A program made the position numbers and the translations under genes. From an uncultured Planctomycetota bacterium (GTDB lineage Bacteria > Planctomycetota > Planctomycetia > Isosphaerales > Isosphaeraceae), in the NCBI GenBank assembly GCA_963823665.1, contig CAWGMQ010000010.1, positions 384,001 to 448,000 on the forward strand: a stretch of DNA of 64,000 bases. The letters are read 5' to 3'. Every line of letters starts with the position of its first letter. The first letter of the stretch is position 1. Under the pieces are notes generated by a model. The model searched no databases and was not told the DNA's origin. It saw only the letters and a program-made list of their open reading frames with translations. Below, one piece after another: positions 30,461 through 40,583 of this stretch.

Positions 30461-31417
30461 TTGACCGGCAAAAAGCCGCTACTAATGACGCACACAATGG
30501 ACAACAGTCCACAAAACAGTCCAATAAAGCGGAAAAGAACGCCAAAGCCGGCGAAAACGGAGCGTCAGCAGAACTTCGTACGGAATCTGCGCTGGGCGAT
30601 TGAGCGACTTGGGCTGACGCTCAGAGCTTTGCATGAGAAGGCAGGCGTGGACGAGTTGTGGTTGAGGCGTGCCGCCACTCGGGGGATCAAGTGGACGAAG
30701 CCCTCGGGCACCGAGGCGGTCAACAAGCTCGAAGCCTTCCTGGGTTGTCCCACTGGTACTTTGTGGGACGAGGATGGTCATCGCTTCAGGTCTGCTGTCG
30801 CTGACAAGCACCTGCGGGGACGTGACCCGGTGAGCAACTTTGAGAAGGTATTTCGACACTTCGAGGCGAGCCCACCGCCTCTGCTGTCGAGGGTGATCGA
30901 AAACATAGAGTATCTCAGACGCACTATAGAGGAGCCGGGCGTTGAGCCCCCGAAAGAGGAGAATCCGCAACTACCGAATCAATCGAGTGGTGGAACGGCT
31001 ACCTGGGATCAATCCAGCGGATGGCGCTTCTCCGAAGCTGGAATTGACTATCTTATCGCATCTGTAAACGAAAGAAGTAATTACGCTGATAAGATAGGAG
31101 TGCCTGGAGCGTCAGACATGCATTTAGGTCGAGAGGAAATCGAGCGATTGCTAGCGGGTCTTGATTTTAATCTCTCTGCGCTTGCCTACGTAATTTGGAT
31201 GGATTCATATGAAGCAAAGTACGGGATTCCAACAGATGAAGTTGATCGACTATTCAGACAGAGACAGTCAGCGTACGAAGCCAGTTTGGCTGAGCAAACC
31301 GACCAACCAGCGAGGGAGGTCGAAGCGCCTCGGACACTCGAAGCCACTCAGCAAGAGAAGCGGCCACTCGCCGATAAGATGAAAACGAGACGTGCTACTG
31401 AAGGTGGGAAGACGTGA
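30461..31417 (+). CDS. Hypothetical protein with an N-terminal XRE-like HTH
   Basis: FVRNLRWAIERLGLTLRALHEKAGVDELWLRR...KLEAFLG. Confidence 0.55.
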   Translation: MTGKKPLLMTHTMDNSPQNSPIKRKRTPKPAKTERQQNFVRNLRWAIERLGLTLRALHEKAGVDELWLRRAATRGIKWTKPSGTEAVNKLEAFLGCPTGTLWDEDGHRFRSAVADKHLRGRDPVSNFEKVFRHFEASPPPLLSRVIENIEYLRRTIEEPGVEPPKEENPQLPNQSSGGTATWDQSSGWRFSEAGIDYLIASVNERSNYADKIGVPGASDMHLGREEIERLLAGLDFNLSALAYVIWMDSYEAKYGIPTDEVDRLFRQRQSAYEASLAEQTDQPAREVEAPRTLEATQQEKRPLADKMKTRRATEGGKT

Positions 31418-31460
31418 TGTGATCATCGGAGGCGTGACGCACCCGACCTCACTTTATAGA

Positions 31461-31558
31461 GTGTCAGATAACGTGTCAGATAAGAAATCAATCTATCGCC
31501 GTAAGTCCTTTGGTTTCAATAGTTCGGACGACGCAGGTTTGTTCCCGCCGCCTCCACT
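31461..31558 (+). mobile_element. attR-like island boundary: tmRNA 3'-end duplicate with arm-type repeats
   Basis: TTCCCGCCGCCTCCACT (31542-31558) is identical to 38743-38759 and is preceded by GACGCAGG. Tandem GTGTCAGATAA at 31461 and 31473. Confidence 0.8.
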
Positions 31559-31560
31559 TG

Positions 31561-31598
31561 AGGCCACTTGCGCTTCGTCGCAAGTGGCCTTCTTTCTT
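31561..31598 (+). terminator. Rho-independent terminator
   Basis: AGGCCACTTGCG-CTTCGT-CGCAAGTGGCCT followed by TCTTTCTT. Confidence 0.8.
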
Positions 31599-32036
31599 CA
31601 AAAATCGTGTTCGCTTGGGTAGGTCGCCGGCGGTTGCACGCCTTGATTGCTGCGAACCGCTCGATATCGACGCCGGCGTTTCCACGCTTGCCCCGCCGGC
31701 GAAAAGGACGACGCTGGCTGGCCTCGAATCCAATCGAATTCCGGGCCTGCTGCCGCGACCGGGGCTCGCGAGCGAGCCGCTTACTTATAGAAACGCGACT
31801 TGCGCGGACGCCTTGCCCTGAAACCAGCGCGGTGAGCAACGCGGTGCGGCGTGCACAAGCGAGAGCTGGTCCTGCTCTTGCTGGTAATGTTGCTCGTGCT
31901 AGCGTTCGAGCTTCTTATCGCGGTGGCCGCGCTGCCGGGCCGCCTTCTGCAACGAAGCCGTCCAGCGACCGAGTCCTTCGCAAAATCAGCTTCTTCTTGA
32001 CGGAGCTTTGCTCGGGCCGCAACATGATGGTGTCGC

Positions 32037-33038
32037 TTGGAGAACGATGGCGTGCTCTTACATTTCCATGCACCATGTTTTGATGGGATCGTGTCCGCGG
32101 TTCTCGCGGCTCACTGGTTCCGACGGGAGTTTAGTCGGTCCGAAGTGTGGTTCCGCGAGGTCAACTACGATCTCAAGGATGAGTGGCTACAGAATGCTTT
32201 GCCGCCAGATTCGGCAGTCGTGGATTTCCTGTATCATCCGGCGGCCGAGTGGTGGGCCGACCATCACGCGACAACGTTTCTCACTCCGGCGGCTGAGGCC
32301 GATTACCTGGAGCGCCGGTCAAGTCATTTCCTCGAGTACGACGCACGAGCGCCGTCGTGCGCCGACGTATTATGGAAGAGATTTGGCGACCAGGGCGAGC
32401 AGCTCAAAGAACTCGTGGACTGGGCGGGGGTCATTGACGCGGCCCGCTATCGCTCCGCTGAGCAGGCTATCTTCGCACGCGAGCCCGCACTCCGCCTGAG
32501 CGCGGCCCTCGAAGCCACCGCGTATCCCGGCTTTCCCACGCAGCTCGTGCAACGGTTGTTGGTTCGCACTCTCGGGGAGGTTGCCCAGGACCCGCTGGTT
32601 CTGAATCTGGCGAGGCGGTACGACGACTTGACCGAACGCGGCATGAATCGTTTCCGGGAACTGATTGCGAGAAACGACCCGGCCGGCGAAGTCCTTGTAC
32701 GCCTGGAACCGCCCGGCATTGTCGTCTTTGACCTCACCGAAACGGCAGGTTTGGCGTTTCCGCGCTACGCCCCATTCTTCTTCTTTCCCGAGGCTGCCTA
32801 TTCGGCGGGACTGACCCGAACGAGCCATTCCGCTAACCTGACGACGATGCGGAACCCTTGGCGCGACTTTCCGTGTGTTCACCTCGGCAATCTGTGTAAA
32901 CACTGGGGCGGGGGCGGACACTCCCGCGTCGGTTCAATCCACTTGAGCGGCGAGCGGCTTGCGGACGCGTCGGCGCGGTTAGCAGGCCTGGTTGAGGAGA
33001 TCCGCCGCTCTGGCTTATTCCCCGGAGATGACTCGTGA
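32037..33038 (+). CDS. DHH-family phosphoesterase
   Basis: HAPCFDG, VVDF, WWADHH, C-terminal GGGGH..VG (DHHA1-like). Confidence 0.8.
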   Translation: MENDGVLLHFHAPCFDGIVSAVLAAHWFRREFSRSEVWFREVNYDLKDEWLQNALPPDSAVVDFLYHPAAEWWADHHATTFLTPAAEADYLERRSSHFLEYDARAPSCADVLWKRFGDQGEQLKELVDWAGVIDAARYRSAEQAIFAREPALRLSAALEATAYPGFPTQLVQRLLVRTLGEVAQDPLVLNLARRYDDLTERGMNRFRELIARNDPAGEVLVRLEPPGIVVFDLTETAGLAFPRYAPFFFFPEAAYSAGLTRTSHSANLTTMRNPWRDFPCVHLGNLCKHWGGGGHSRVGSIHLSGERLADASARLAGLVEEIRRSGLFPGDDS

Positions 33039-35788
33039 GCGACCCCGTGAAACCACCCGCTGTGAGCGAGCCACGGCGCTATCGCCGGGATGTCGACTTC
33101 GTATTGCGCAAGTCAGACTTTTATCTGAATTCAATCAGCCCCAGTCGATTCAGCCGCTTTTTTGGGATCACAGGGTATCCGCCAGTCGTCGTCCCTCTGT
33201 TCCTCGGATCTTTATGGGTGATATGGCACGGTCCTTCCCTCTTCCGAGCGACCTCCGCTCATCTCGGTTTCCTGCTCATGGCTTCGCTCGGGCGTCTACT
33301 GGCGCCCTCGTTCGCTCGGCAGCGATCGTTGCTGCAGTACCTCGCGCTCCTGCTGTTCTTGTCCTGGCTACTCGTGTGGATCATTGCCGGGGATGCGACT
33401 GAAGCCGACGGAGGTTGCTATCGGCACGCGCCGGCCATCGTCATCGCTTTCAGCTCATGCGCGGCTGCCGTTGTCGCTCCACTCCTCGCGAAGCTTTTGA
33501 TCGGCTGGTTTCGAGGCCAGTTCGAGCGCAGGCAAGATCTGGTCGATTCCGACAATCCGGCGGCGACGCTACCCTGGCGGTTTTCGACGTTCGGCGAGCT
33601 CCTTCCCATCACTGAAATGTTCTTCATCCCGGTCAAGCCAAGATTTGCACTCGCAGGTTTTCTGGTCACTTTGTTACCGACTCTCACTCGTTATGCGCTG
33701 CCCATATGCTGGGCGGCGGCCGTTGCATGTATTCTCGTTCCGCAGCAATACATGCTCATCGGCATATGTGGAGCTGGCGCCGGTGGGATGTTCTTTTTTT
33801 CGGTCGGCAACCTTCTGGGTGAGCGTTTCCGCACCATGTTCGATAGAGTGCATCTTTACCTGTTCAGCGGCGCGCCGCTGGCTCTGTCTCTGGGCGTGAT
33901 CATACTGGCAGTCTGTCGCTGGGAAGAATTTCAGTATGTCTCTATACTCTTGAACTCAACGCCTGGGCCGTTCTTGATTCTGCTGTTGCTATCCAGTTAT
34001 TGCTGTTTATGGCAGTATCAGCTTTGGACTCGAGAGGTATTGGCCGAACATCTGCTGGGATTGCTTGAGTACCCCATCACGCTGCGGATGCGTGCTCGCG
34101 TCCTCTATCCATTTGATAAGAGCAATCAAGATCCTGCCTACGCTACCAACGCATTGGCTGAACATCGGTATGTTCAGGTCCATGGCGGAGGGCTGGCCAT
34201 CATGGGCGAGTACATCGACCACAGCGACGGCCAGACGCATACTTGCTGGGAGTCGTACGGACCCTTTGAATTCTTCGATACCTTGGTCTCCAGGGCCTTT
34301 CGCCGCACCGACGTCAAGCAGGCGGTCCTGCGTTATCGCTTGGCCTTGGACCTCTTGATGCTCGGGATCAACTCTTATCTGGCTGTGCTGAACCTGGCAC
34401 TCGTGTTCTCGTTGGGCGGAGCAATCTACTACTACCTGAATGTGATGGAGCCGGACCCTGCCGTGAAGCTGGTGCAGCAGGCACCTGGAGATCCCTCGCA
34501 GAAGACCGTATCCAAACTGTTGTTCGACAATTCGCCGAAACGGGTCCTCATGGTCGCGGCGTCCGGAGGTGGTTCGCGCGCGGCGCTCTACACCGCGTCA
34601 CTTCTTCATGGCCTTTCCCGCATCGGCGCCATCGATGACGTCAAGCTCACGAGCGGCGTTTCCGGCGGCGGCGCCGGTCTTGCTTACTTCGGGCTCCATC
34701 ACCAGGAGCTGTGTCAGAAGTCCGCTGATCAAGCCTGGAATCGAGCCTACGAGGCACTCGGCGCCCCGTTCATCGATGAGGTCGTGCGCGGCAGCATCGA
34801 GACGCGCATCATTCGTGGAGGGCAGCTCGGACTGCTGCTCACCGAGAGCTTCGAGCGACACATGGACGCCAAGAAGTCGAATACTGCGACGCTCGGAACA
34901 GCTCCCCTCGCGATGATATTCAACACGACTTTGTGCGGCGAAAGCGAGTGGCGTGATGGGCGCTGGTCTCCACCGAATGCGGAAGATGCCGGTGGACGCG
35001 TTCTGTTCACGAACCTCTATCCGCGCAGCCTTTTCCCGCACCCGGATAGGGCCAATCCGCAAACGATTGCCTGGCGATTCGAGGTGATCACCGATCCCGC
35101 TGTCCGCCTGACGCAGGCCGCCGCCGCCAACGCGAACTTTCCTCCGGTCTTCGGCAACCTGGGCGTGGCGATCCAGAGACAGCACCTGTTCTGGATAACC
35201 GACGGCGGGGCCGCCGACAACCGCGGCCTCGAATCGCTGTTGCTGGCCCTGAAATCCGCCCTCGTTGATGAAGCCAAGCAACCGAACGACGTTCGCCGCA
35301 AGCCCCCGGCGCTCTATCTGATCGTCGCGGAAGCATCAGGATTCAGTCTGGACTACTCGCATGATCAAGGTTTGGGCGCCAAGATGAATGCGTCACAACA
35401 GATCACCAATCAACTCATATTTGAGCTCCTCGATGAAATTCGCGATCTCTACGAAAAACTGGGGGCGGACCGAAGTGCCGTGCAATTTCACTACCTTGCC
35501 ATGCCGCGCGTGTATTGCACTCGCGGCGGGATTGCCACGCACTGGATGCTGCCAAGTTCCACGACCTTGGTGGATCCCCGGGAGCCAGATGCGACCCGCG
35601 CCATATCCGCACGCGTGACGCAGGATGAAATCGTCGAGTTGCTCAAAGAGTTGCATCCCGCCACCGACCCGCCTCCGCTCGGTGATCCGAAGCAGAACAT
35701 TGACCAGGTGCGAACGTGGGTCCGGCAGGATCCGCATGGCGAACGTTGGCGGCAACTTCGAAAAGCATTGACGAACGAACAAAAGTAG
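33035..35788 (+). CDS. Multi-pass membrane protein with a C-terminal patatin-like phospholipase domain
   Basis: Many N-terminal TM segments. ASGGGSRAA (oxyanion), GVSGG (nucleophile Ser), TDGG (catalytic Asp). GTGA overlap with the DHH gene. Confidence 0.8.
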   Translation: MSDPVKPPAVSEPRRYRRDVDFVLRKSDFYLNSISPSRFSRFFGITGYPPVVVPLFLGSLWVIWHGPSLFRATSAHLGFLLMASLGRLLAPSFARQRSLLQYLALLLFLSWLLVWIIAGDATEADGGCYRHAPAIVIAFSSCAAAVVAPLLAKLLIGWFRGQFERRQDLVDSDNPAATLPWRFSTFGELLPITEMFFIPVKPRFALAGFLVTLLPTLTRYALPICWAAAVACILVPQQYMLIGICGAGAGGMFFFSVGNLLGERFRTMFDRVHLYLFSGAPLALSLGVIILAVCRWEEFQYVSILLNSTPGPFLILLLLSSYCCLWQYQLWTREVLAEHLLGLLEYPITLRMRARVLYPFDKSNQDPAYATNALAEHRYVQVHGGGLAIMGEYIDHSDGQTHTCWESYGPFEFFDTLVSRAFRRTDVKQAVLRYRLALDLLMLGINSYLAVLNLALVFSLGGAIYYYLNVMEPDPAVKLVQQAPGDPSQKTVSKLLFDNSPKRVLMVAASGGGSRAALYTASLLHGLSRIGAIDDVKLTSGVSGGGAGLAYFGLHHQELCQKSADQAWNRAYEALGAPFIDEVVRGSIETRIIRGGQLGLLLTESFERHMDAKKSNTATLGTAPLAMIFNTTLCGESEWRDGRWSPPNAEDAGGRVLFTNLYPRSLFPHPDRANPQTIAWRFEVITDPAVRLTQAAAANANFPPVFGNLGVAIQRQHLFWITDGGAADNRGLESLLLALKSALVDEAKQPNDVRRKPPALYLIVAEASGFSLDYSHDQGLGAKMNASQQITNQLIFELLDEIRDLYEKLGADRSAVQFHYLAMPRVYCTRGGIATHWMLPSSTTLVDPREPDATRAISARVTQDEIVELLKELHPATDPPPLGDPKQNIDQVRTWVRQDPHGERWRQLRKALTNEQK

Positions 35789-35909
35789 AATCGAGGGCCG
35801 CCGAGTCGGAGGGGTCCGGCTGCAGGAGCCGGGCCGGAGATTCGTAGACCCGGCCCACCCGGACGCCCTGATTCGACGTCCCCTGTGACTTTGATCACTC
35901 GGACTGACC

Positions 35910-36455
35910 ATGACAAACGACTCGACCCCCGCCGCAGAGATGCCTCGCAAGGGAGCACTGATCGCCGGGGGAACGCTCTTTTTGCTCGGGTGGATCTGCC
36001 CGCTTTTTGTGCCGCTCGTGGCTGCCTCGAATCTCCCCATCGCGTGGAAGGCGGCCGCGTCGGGCGCCCTGCTGATCGGGCTCCCCGAGCTGCTCATCGT
36101 GGCCTCGATCGCTGTCCTGGGCCAGTCCGGCTATCGATACGTGAAAGGACGACTGCTGACGGCCCTGAAGCGGTATGGTCCGCCCGAGGTCGTGGGACCG
36201 ACGCGCTACCACATCGGCCTGGTCCTGTTCGTCCTGCCTCTGTTCCTCGGCTTCCTCGAGCCCTACCTGGGACACATGGTGCCGAGGCTCGCCGAGAACC
36301 GCATTGTTTTCTGCGTGGCGTGCGACCTGGTGTTCCTCTCCAGCCTGTTCGTGCTCGGTGGCGAGTTCTGGGACAAGCTGAGGGCGCTGTTCGTGCACGG
36401 CGCGAAAGCCCGATTTCCGGAGACTGGGGCGCCATCAGAGCCGGCCGGCACTTGA
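35910..36455 (+). CDS. Small multi-TM membrane protein
   Basis: About four hydrophobic helices, LGGEFWDKLRALF tail. Confidence 0.7.
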   Translation: MTNDSTPAAEMPRKGALIAGGTLFLLGWICPLFVPLVAASNLPIAWKAAASGALLIGLPELLIVASIAVLGQSGYRYVKGRLLTALKRYGPPEVVGPTRYHIGLVLFVLPLFLGFLEPYLGHMVPRLAENRIVFCVACDLVFLSSLFVLGGEFWDKLRALFVHGAKARFPETGAPSEPAGT

Positions 36456-36660
36456 GCGGCCCCATGGTGACCATGCGGTCCTTCGTCTCCGTGCGCCCGG
36501 CCAACCTGCGGGGACACGACGTCCTCCCTCATTACATCAATGGAACGCTTTTTGCGGGATATTGATCCTCGAGGGGGCGGCCGCACGATAAATACCGAAC
36601 GAGGAAGCTCGGCGGCACGGAGGCACCGAGAAAACCATCGCCCCCATTCGGGCCTCGACC

Positions 36661-38082
36661 ATGAGCGTAGATCGCCGCGATTTCCTGCGAATGGCGACAT
36701 CCGCGGCCGCGCTTGTCGCGACAGGAAACGAGATTGTCCAGGGCGAAGACCGCCCTGCAACGCTTCCCGATCGCCAAGTCGACGTGGTGGTCGTCGGGGC
36801 GGGGCTGGCGGGCCTGACGACGGCGCGTGAATTGGAGAAGGGCGGCGCGTCGGTCTGCGTGCTCGAGGCCCGGGATCGCGTCGGCGGCCGTACGCTCGAT
36901 CACCCGATCGGCGGAGGTCACGTCGCCGAAGGGGGCGGGCAGTATGTGGGTCCCGGCCAGGAGCGCGTTCTCGCGCTCGCGAGTGAGCTGGGCATCGCAA
37001 CCTTTCCCACCTACCTAAATGGTAAGACCGTTCTGTCGCTCGGCGGTTGGAGATTCGCACTGGCGTCCTCCGAAGCGGAGTCGGCCGATCTCAAGCGTGT
37101 GAAGCAACTCCTGGAATCGCTCGCGGCGACCGTCTCCACCGACGCCCCCTGGGCTGCCAAGCATGCCCGCGAGTGGGACGACCAAACTGTCGCCGGCTGG
37201 CTCGACAAGAACACTCGCGACGTCGCGACCAGGCTGGTCTTCGACATCAGCATCAAGACGGAACTCGGCCCGCCCTCGAGCATCTCGCTCTTGTATTACC
37301 TGTTCATCATACGCTCGGCGGGAAGCATTCACGCCCTCGATGTTGATGCGCAGGAGCGACGGTTCTTGGGCGGGTCGCAATCGATCTCGAAGGGGCTTGC
37401 CCGACCGCTGTCCGATAGGCTGGTGCTCGACTCGCCCGTTCTACGGATCGTGGACGAAGACGGGGCGAGGGTCGAGGTTGAATCGAAGCGAGTCAAGGTG
37501 CTGGCCCGGCGGGTGGTGGTTGCGATGATGCCCGCGGACACGCGACGGATCGCCTTCACGCCCGGATTGCCGCCGGCACGGCGTGGCCTGGTGGAGGCAT
37601 GGCGAGGCGATCAGTCGATCAAGGTGAACGTCGTCTATGACGAGCCATTCTGGCGGAAGGACGGCTTGAGCGGGCTGGGTCTGTCCGACCGGCCGCCGAT
37701 CGGTGTTACGTTCGACAACTCTCCGCCCGACGGATCGTGTGGCGTTCTGCTTGCATTCCTGACCGAGGGCGACGTGCCCAAGAGCCCAGACGTGCGCCGC
37801 GCCGCCGTGCTGGCGAAGCTGGTGGAGTTGTTCGGCAGGCGCGCGAAGACACCGGTCGCCTACCTCGAGAACGACTGGTCGTGTGACGGCTGGACCACTG
37901 GATGCGTGTCCCCCGTGCCCCGAAACGTCCTGACGCGGTTTGGCCACGCCCTGCGTACGCCCGTCAGCCGGATCCACTGGGCCGGGACCGAGACGTCGGA
38001 AGCTTGGTGCGGCTACATGGACGGTGCGGTGCGATCGGGCGAACGGGCCGCGGCCGAAGTGCTGGCCTCGCTTCGGGGCTGA
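36661..38082 (+). CDS. Tat-exported flavin monoamine oxidase family protein
   Basis: DRRDFL twin-arginine signal, VVVGAGLAGL, LEARDRVGGR, GYMDGAVRSGERAA. Confidence 0.9.
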   Translation: MSVDRRDFLRMATSAAALVATGNEIVQGEDRPATLPDRQVDVVVVGAGLAGLTTARELEKGGASVCVLEARDRVGGRTLDHPIGGGHVAEGGGQYVGPGQERVLALASELGIATFPTYLNGKTVLSLGGWRFALASSEAESADLKRVKQLLESLAATVSTDAPWAAKHAREWDDQTVAGWLDKNTRDVATRLVFDISIKTELGPPSSISLLYYLFIIRSAGSIHALDVDAQERRFLGGSQSISKGLARPLSDRLVLDSPVLRIVDEDGARVEVESKRVKVLARRVVVAMMPADTRRIAFTPGLPPARRGLVEAWRGDQSIKVNVVYDEPFWRKDGLSGLGLSDRPPIGVTFDNSPPDGSCGVLLAFLTEGDVPKSPDVRRAAVLAKLVELFGRRAKTPVAYLENDWSCDGWTTGCVSPVPRNVLTRFGHALRTPVSRIHWAGTETSEAWCGYMDGAVRSGERAAAEVLASLRG

Positions 38083-38391
38083 TCGAATCGGCCCTACTTG
38101 TCGGCCAGCGCTTCAGCCACAGCCTTCTCAAGCGCGGTGCCTTGGAGGGATGTCAGACATCCACTCCACTTCGCCAAGCCCTACAAGGGCGCCGTGAAGG
38201 TGACGGTCCTCGCCGTTATCACGGCTGCCGACGCTGCGTCAAGTACGACTGACTACTCGGCGGTCGTCGGCTAGGGGAGGTGACGCTGATCGCCTGACCC
38301 GCGGTCGGTGAAGTCGCTTGACCAGGCGCTCGCCGGGCACATAATGAGAATAGCTGTGCGAAAGCGCAGCTCCAGGTGGTGTTCGACGTAC

Positions 38392-38757
38392 GGGGGCGAA
38401 CCAGGATCGACCGGATGTCTGACGCGACTGGTGGCGTGCCGAGGTTGGTCAGCGGGCCTCGTAAAAAGCAGACCAAAAACTTTAAGTGCCAACAGCAATG
38501 TTGCACTCCGTCTCGCTGCCTAAAAAACAGCAACGGCCTCGCGCCGCGTCTTCTCCCGAGAGACGCGGCCGGGGACGCCAATTCGGGATCGCTCGAGCCT
38601 AACCGCCGGTTGCAGCTCGGGTTAAATTCATGGCTGGCTAAGCCGAAGAGAACCATGCCGATCGGGGTCTCAAGGCCGACAATCAAATGATCGGATACGC
38701 ACGTAGATGCCGTCGCTGATGCTTCTCGGGACGCGGGTGCAATTCCCGCCGCCTCCA
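38392..38757 (+). ncRNA. ssrA: tmRNA; tag peptide ANSNVALRLAA* (38488-38523)
   Basis: 5' GGGGGCG pairs with 3' CGCCTCC-A (G3:U70). TCGAC D-loop region. GACGCGGG-TGCAATT-CCCGC T-arm. TAAGT-GCC resume context. CCA is not encoded (genomic ACT). Confidence 0.95.
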
Positions 38758-38975
38758 CTGTTTGCGTTGTAACTCGTTTTCTTGAAAAAACTTGTGCGCA
38801 CGATGGACGCGGGCAAGTAACCCGCCGCCATTGAGTACCTTAAACCGGCGACGTTCATGATAAACATTTCGCCAATAACAGTTTAGGCCGTCGATGTCGG
38901 AACAACTCTGAGTCAAGACGTATTGTAATTTACCTGCGTCGCTGCCGGAATCCCGACCAATTCGTACTTCGCCCA

Positions 38976-40240
38976 TCAAAAGCGAAGGCCGATCACGTTC
39001 CAGTAGATCATGTACGGGACAAAGAGGACCAAGCAAAGGACATCAAGTGAGAACCGGATTTTTCTCGCTGCCGTCCAGCCGTGGTTGCGGGGAGTCCTGG
39101 CAAGCACGATCAGCAGAGCGACGGTCGCCAGCGTGGAAACGGTCCCCAGCAGTGGAACGAACAGCAGGACGGAAGGACAGCTCGGGTGCAGTTGGTCAAG
39201 CACCAACAATGCGGTGATCGAAAACGTGACAAGAATCAGAAAGTTCAGGGCGGCGATCGCGCGTTTCAAGTTCACAACCCTGTTGGATGCTGGTAAAGCC
39301 ACACTTTGCCGACGGCGGAATAAGCGGGTCAAAGAGCACCGGACACTTGCGATCGCGTTGGCACTGAAACTGATGAGGAAGAGAATCCATAGTGCTGCCT
39401 GGACTGTTCCGTTGCCATACCATCGCAGGCTTTCGTAGCTTGCCAACCTGGGAAGAATCCCTGCTTCCGGGGCGACGCCCTCCTGTTTCATTTTGCCGAT
39501 CTCCGAAGGGCGATCGATCGCGCTCCAGGCCCAGTCGGTCATCGTTAGTAGAACATCATGCCCTCGGCGACGGATGCCCCCACGACAATGACGAATCGAA
39601 TGTCCTCGGATCGAGACGTCGCGGCGGCGCCGATGTAGGCACCCTGACTGAGCCCCAAGCTGCCAATCTGTGATTTTTCAATCTCGTGGCGCTGCTTCAC
39701 GAAGGCGACAGCGGAAAGAGCGTCATTGACCAGGTTCTCGTAGGGCTCATAACTCTCGTAAACGCCGCCGGACTGACCCGTTCCGCGCTTGTCGTAGATC
39801 AATGCGGCAATACCCCGGCTCGCAAAATACCCACCAATCTCACGGTACGGCTCGCGAGTCTGTGGGCCCGCGCCATGGACAAAGACGACGGCCGGAACAG
39901 GAGTTTGGCTTCTCGGCAAAAGCAGACTTCCGGCAAGCTTGACGGCCTGGTTGTGGAACTCGACGGAGTGCTCTTCGAACCTGGATTTCGGCCCGATTTC
40001 ATCAGCATGGGTCGCCGGATCTGTCACTCCTATCACAAACGCGACGACAGGTATCGCGGCAGCCATCGTTGGTAGGTGGTGGCGCCGCCAGGACGAACCG
40101 ATCCGGGACACTAAGTCCGCCATAGGCGCCTCGGTAGCTCGAACGGATACGGTTGGCGGGGTGGAACACGGGACGACCTGGCCCATCAGTTTCCCCCCCC
40201 GATCTGTTGCGATCTTGACTCCGTTGCTTGGTCGATGCAA
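38976..40240 (-). pseudogene. Split/truncated alpha/beta hydrolase with a C-terminal membrane segment
   Basis: 39545..40240 has VFVHGAG, YDKRGTG and GLSQG, then stops before the Asp/His of the triad. 38976..39542 is a hydrophobic TM tail. Confidence 0.6.
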
Positions 40241-40583
40241 TAGAAAGAACCATAGAATGTTACGCCATCAGTCGCCGCCGCAACTCGGCTTTCCAGCCTT
40301 GTACACCGACCACAAAAAGTTCTAACGGTGTCCAGTCGCCCCGACGGTTTCGCAAACTCAAATTCCGCCTCTGGTTGCGGAAGCAACTGGCGACGGGTTT
40401 GAACTTTTGAGAGGCAACGGCGGATTCCTTTGGCGACACGAATCGAGAGATTGACTTCTTAGCAATTCTTTTGAGAAATTCTGCTCTGTGTGTCGATTTC
40501 GTCCTGGCCCGTTCGACCATGGAGTGAGCGCTCGGCAAATAAGCTACTCGACAAGTTGTCTCGCATTTCGAAGGAAACCTTCC

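Noticed and set aside
38219..38758. 179-aa minus-strand ORF (MEAAGIAPAS...)
   Set aside because: Reverse complement of the tmRNA.
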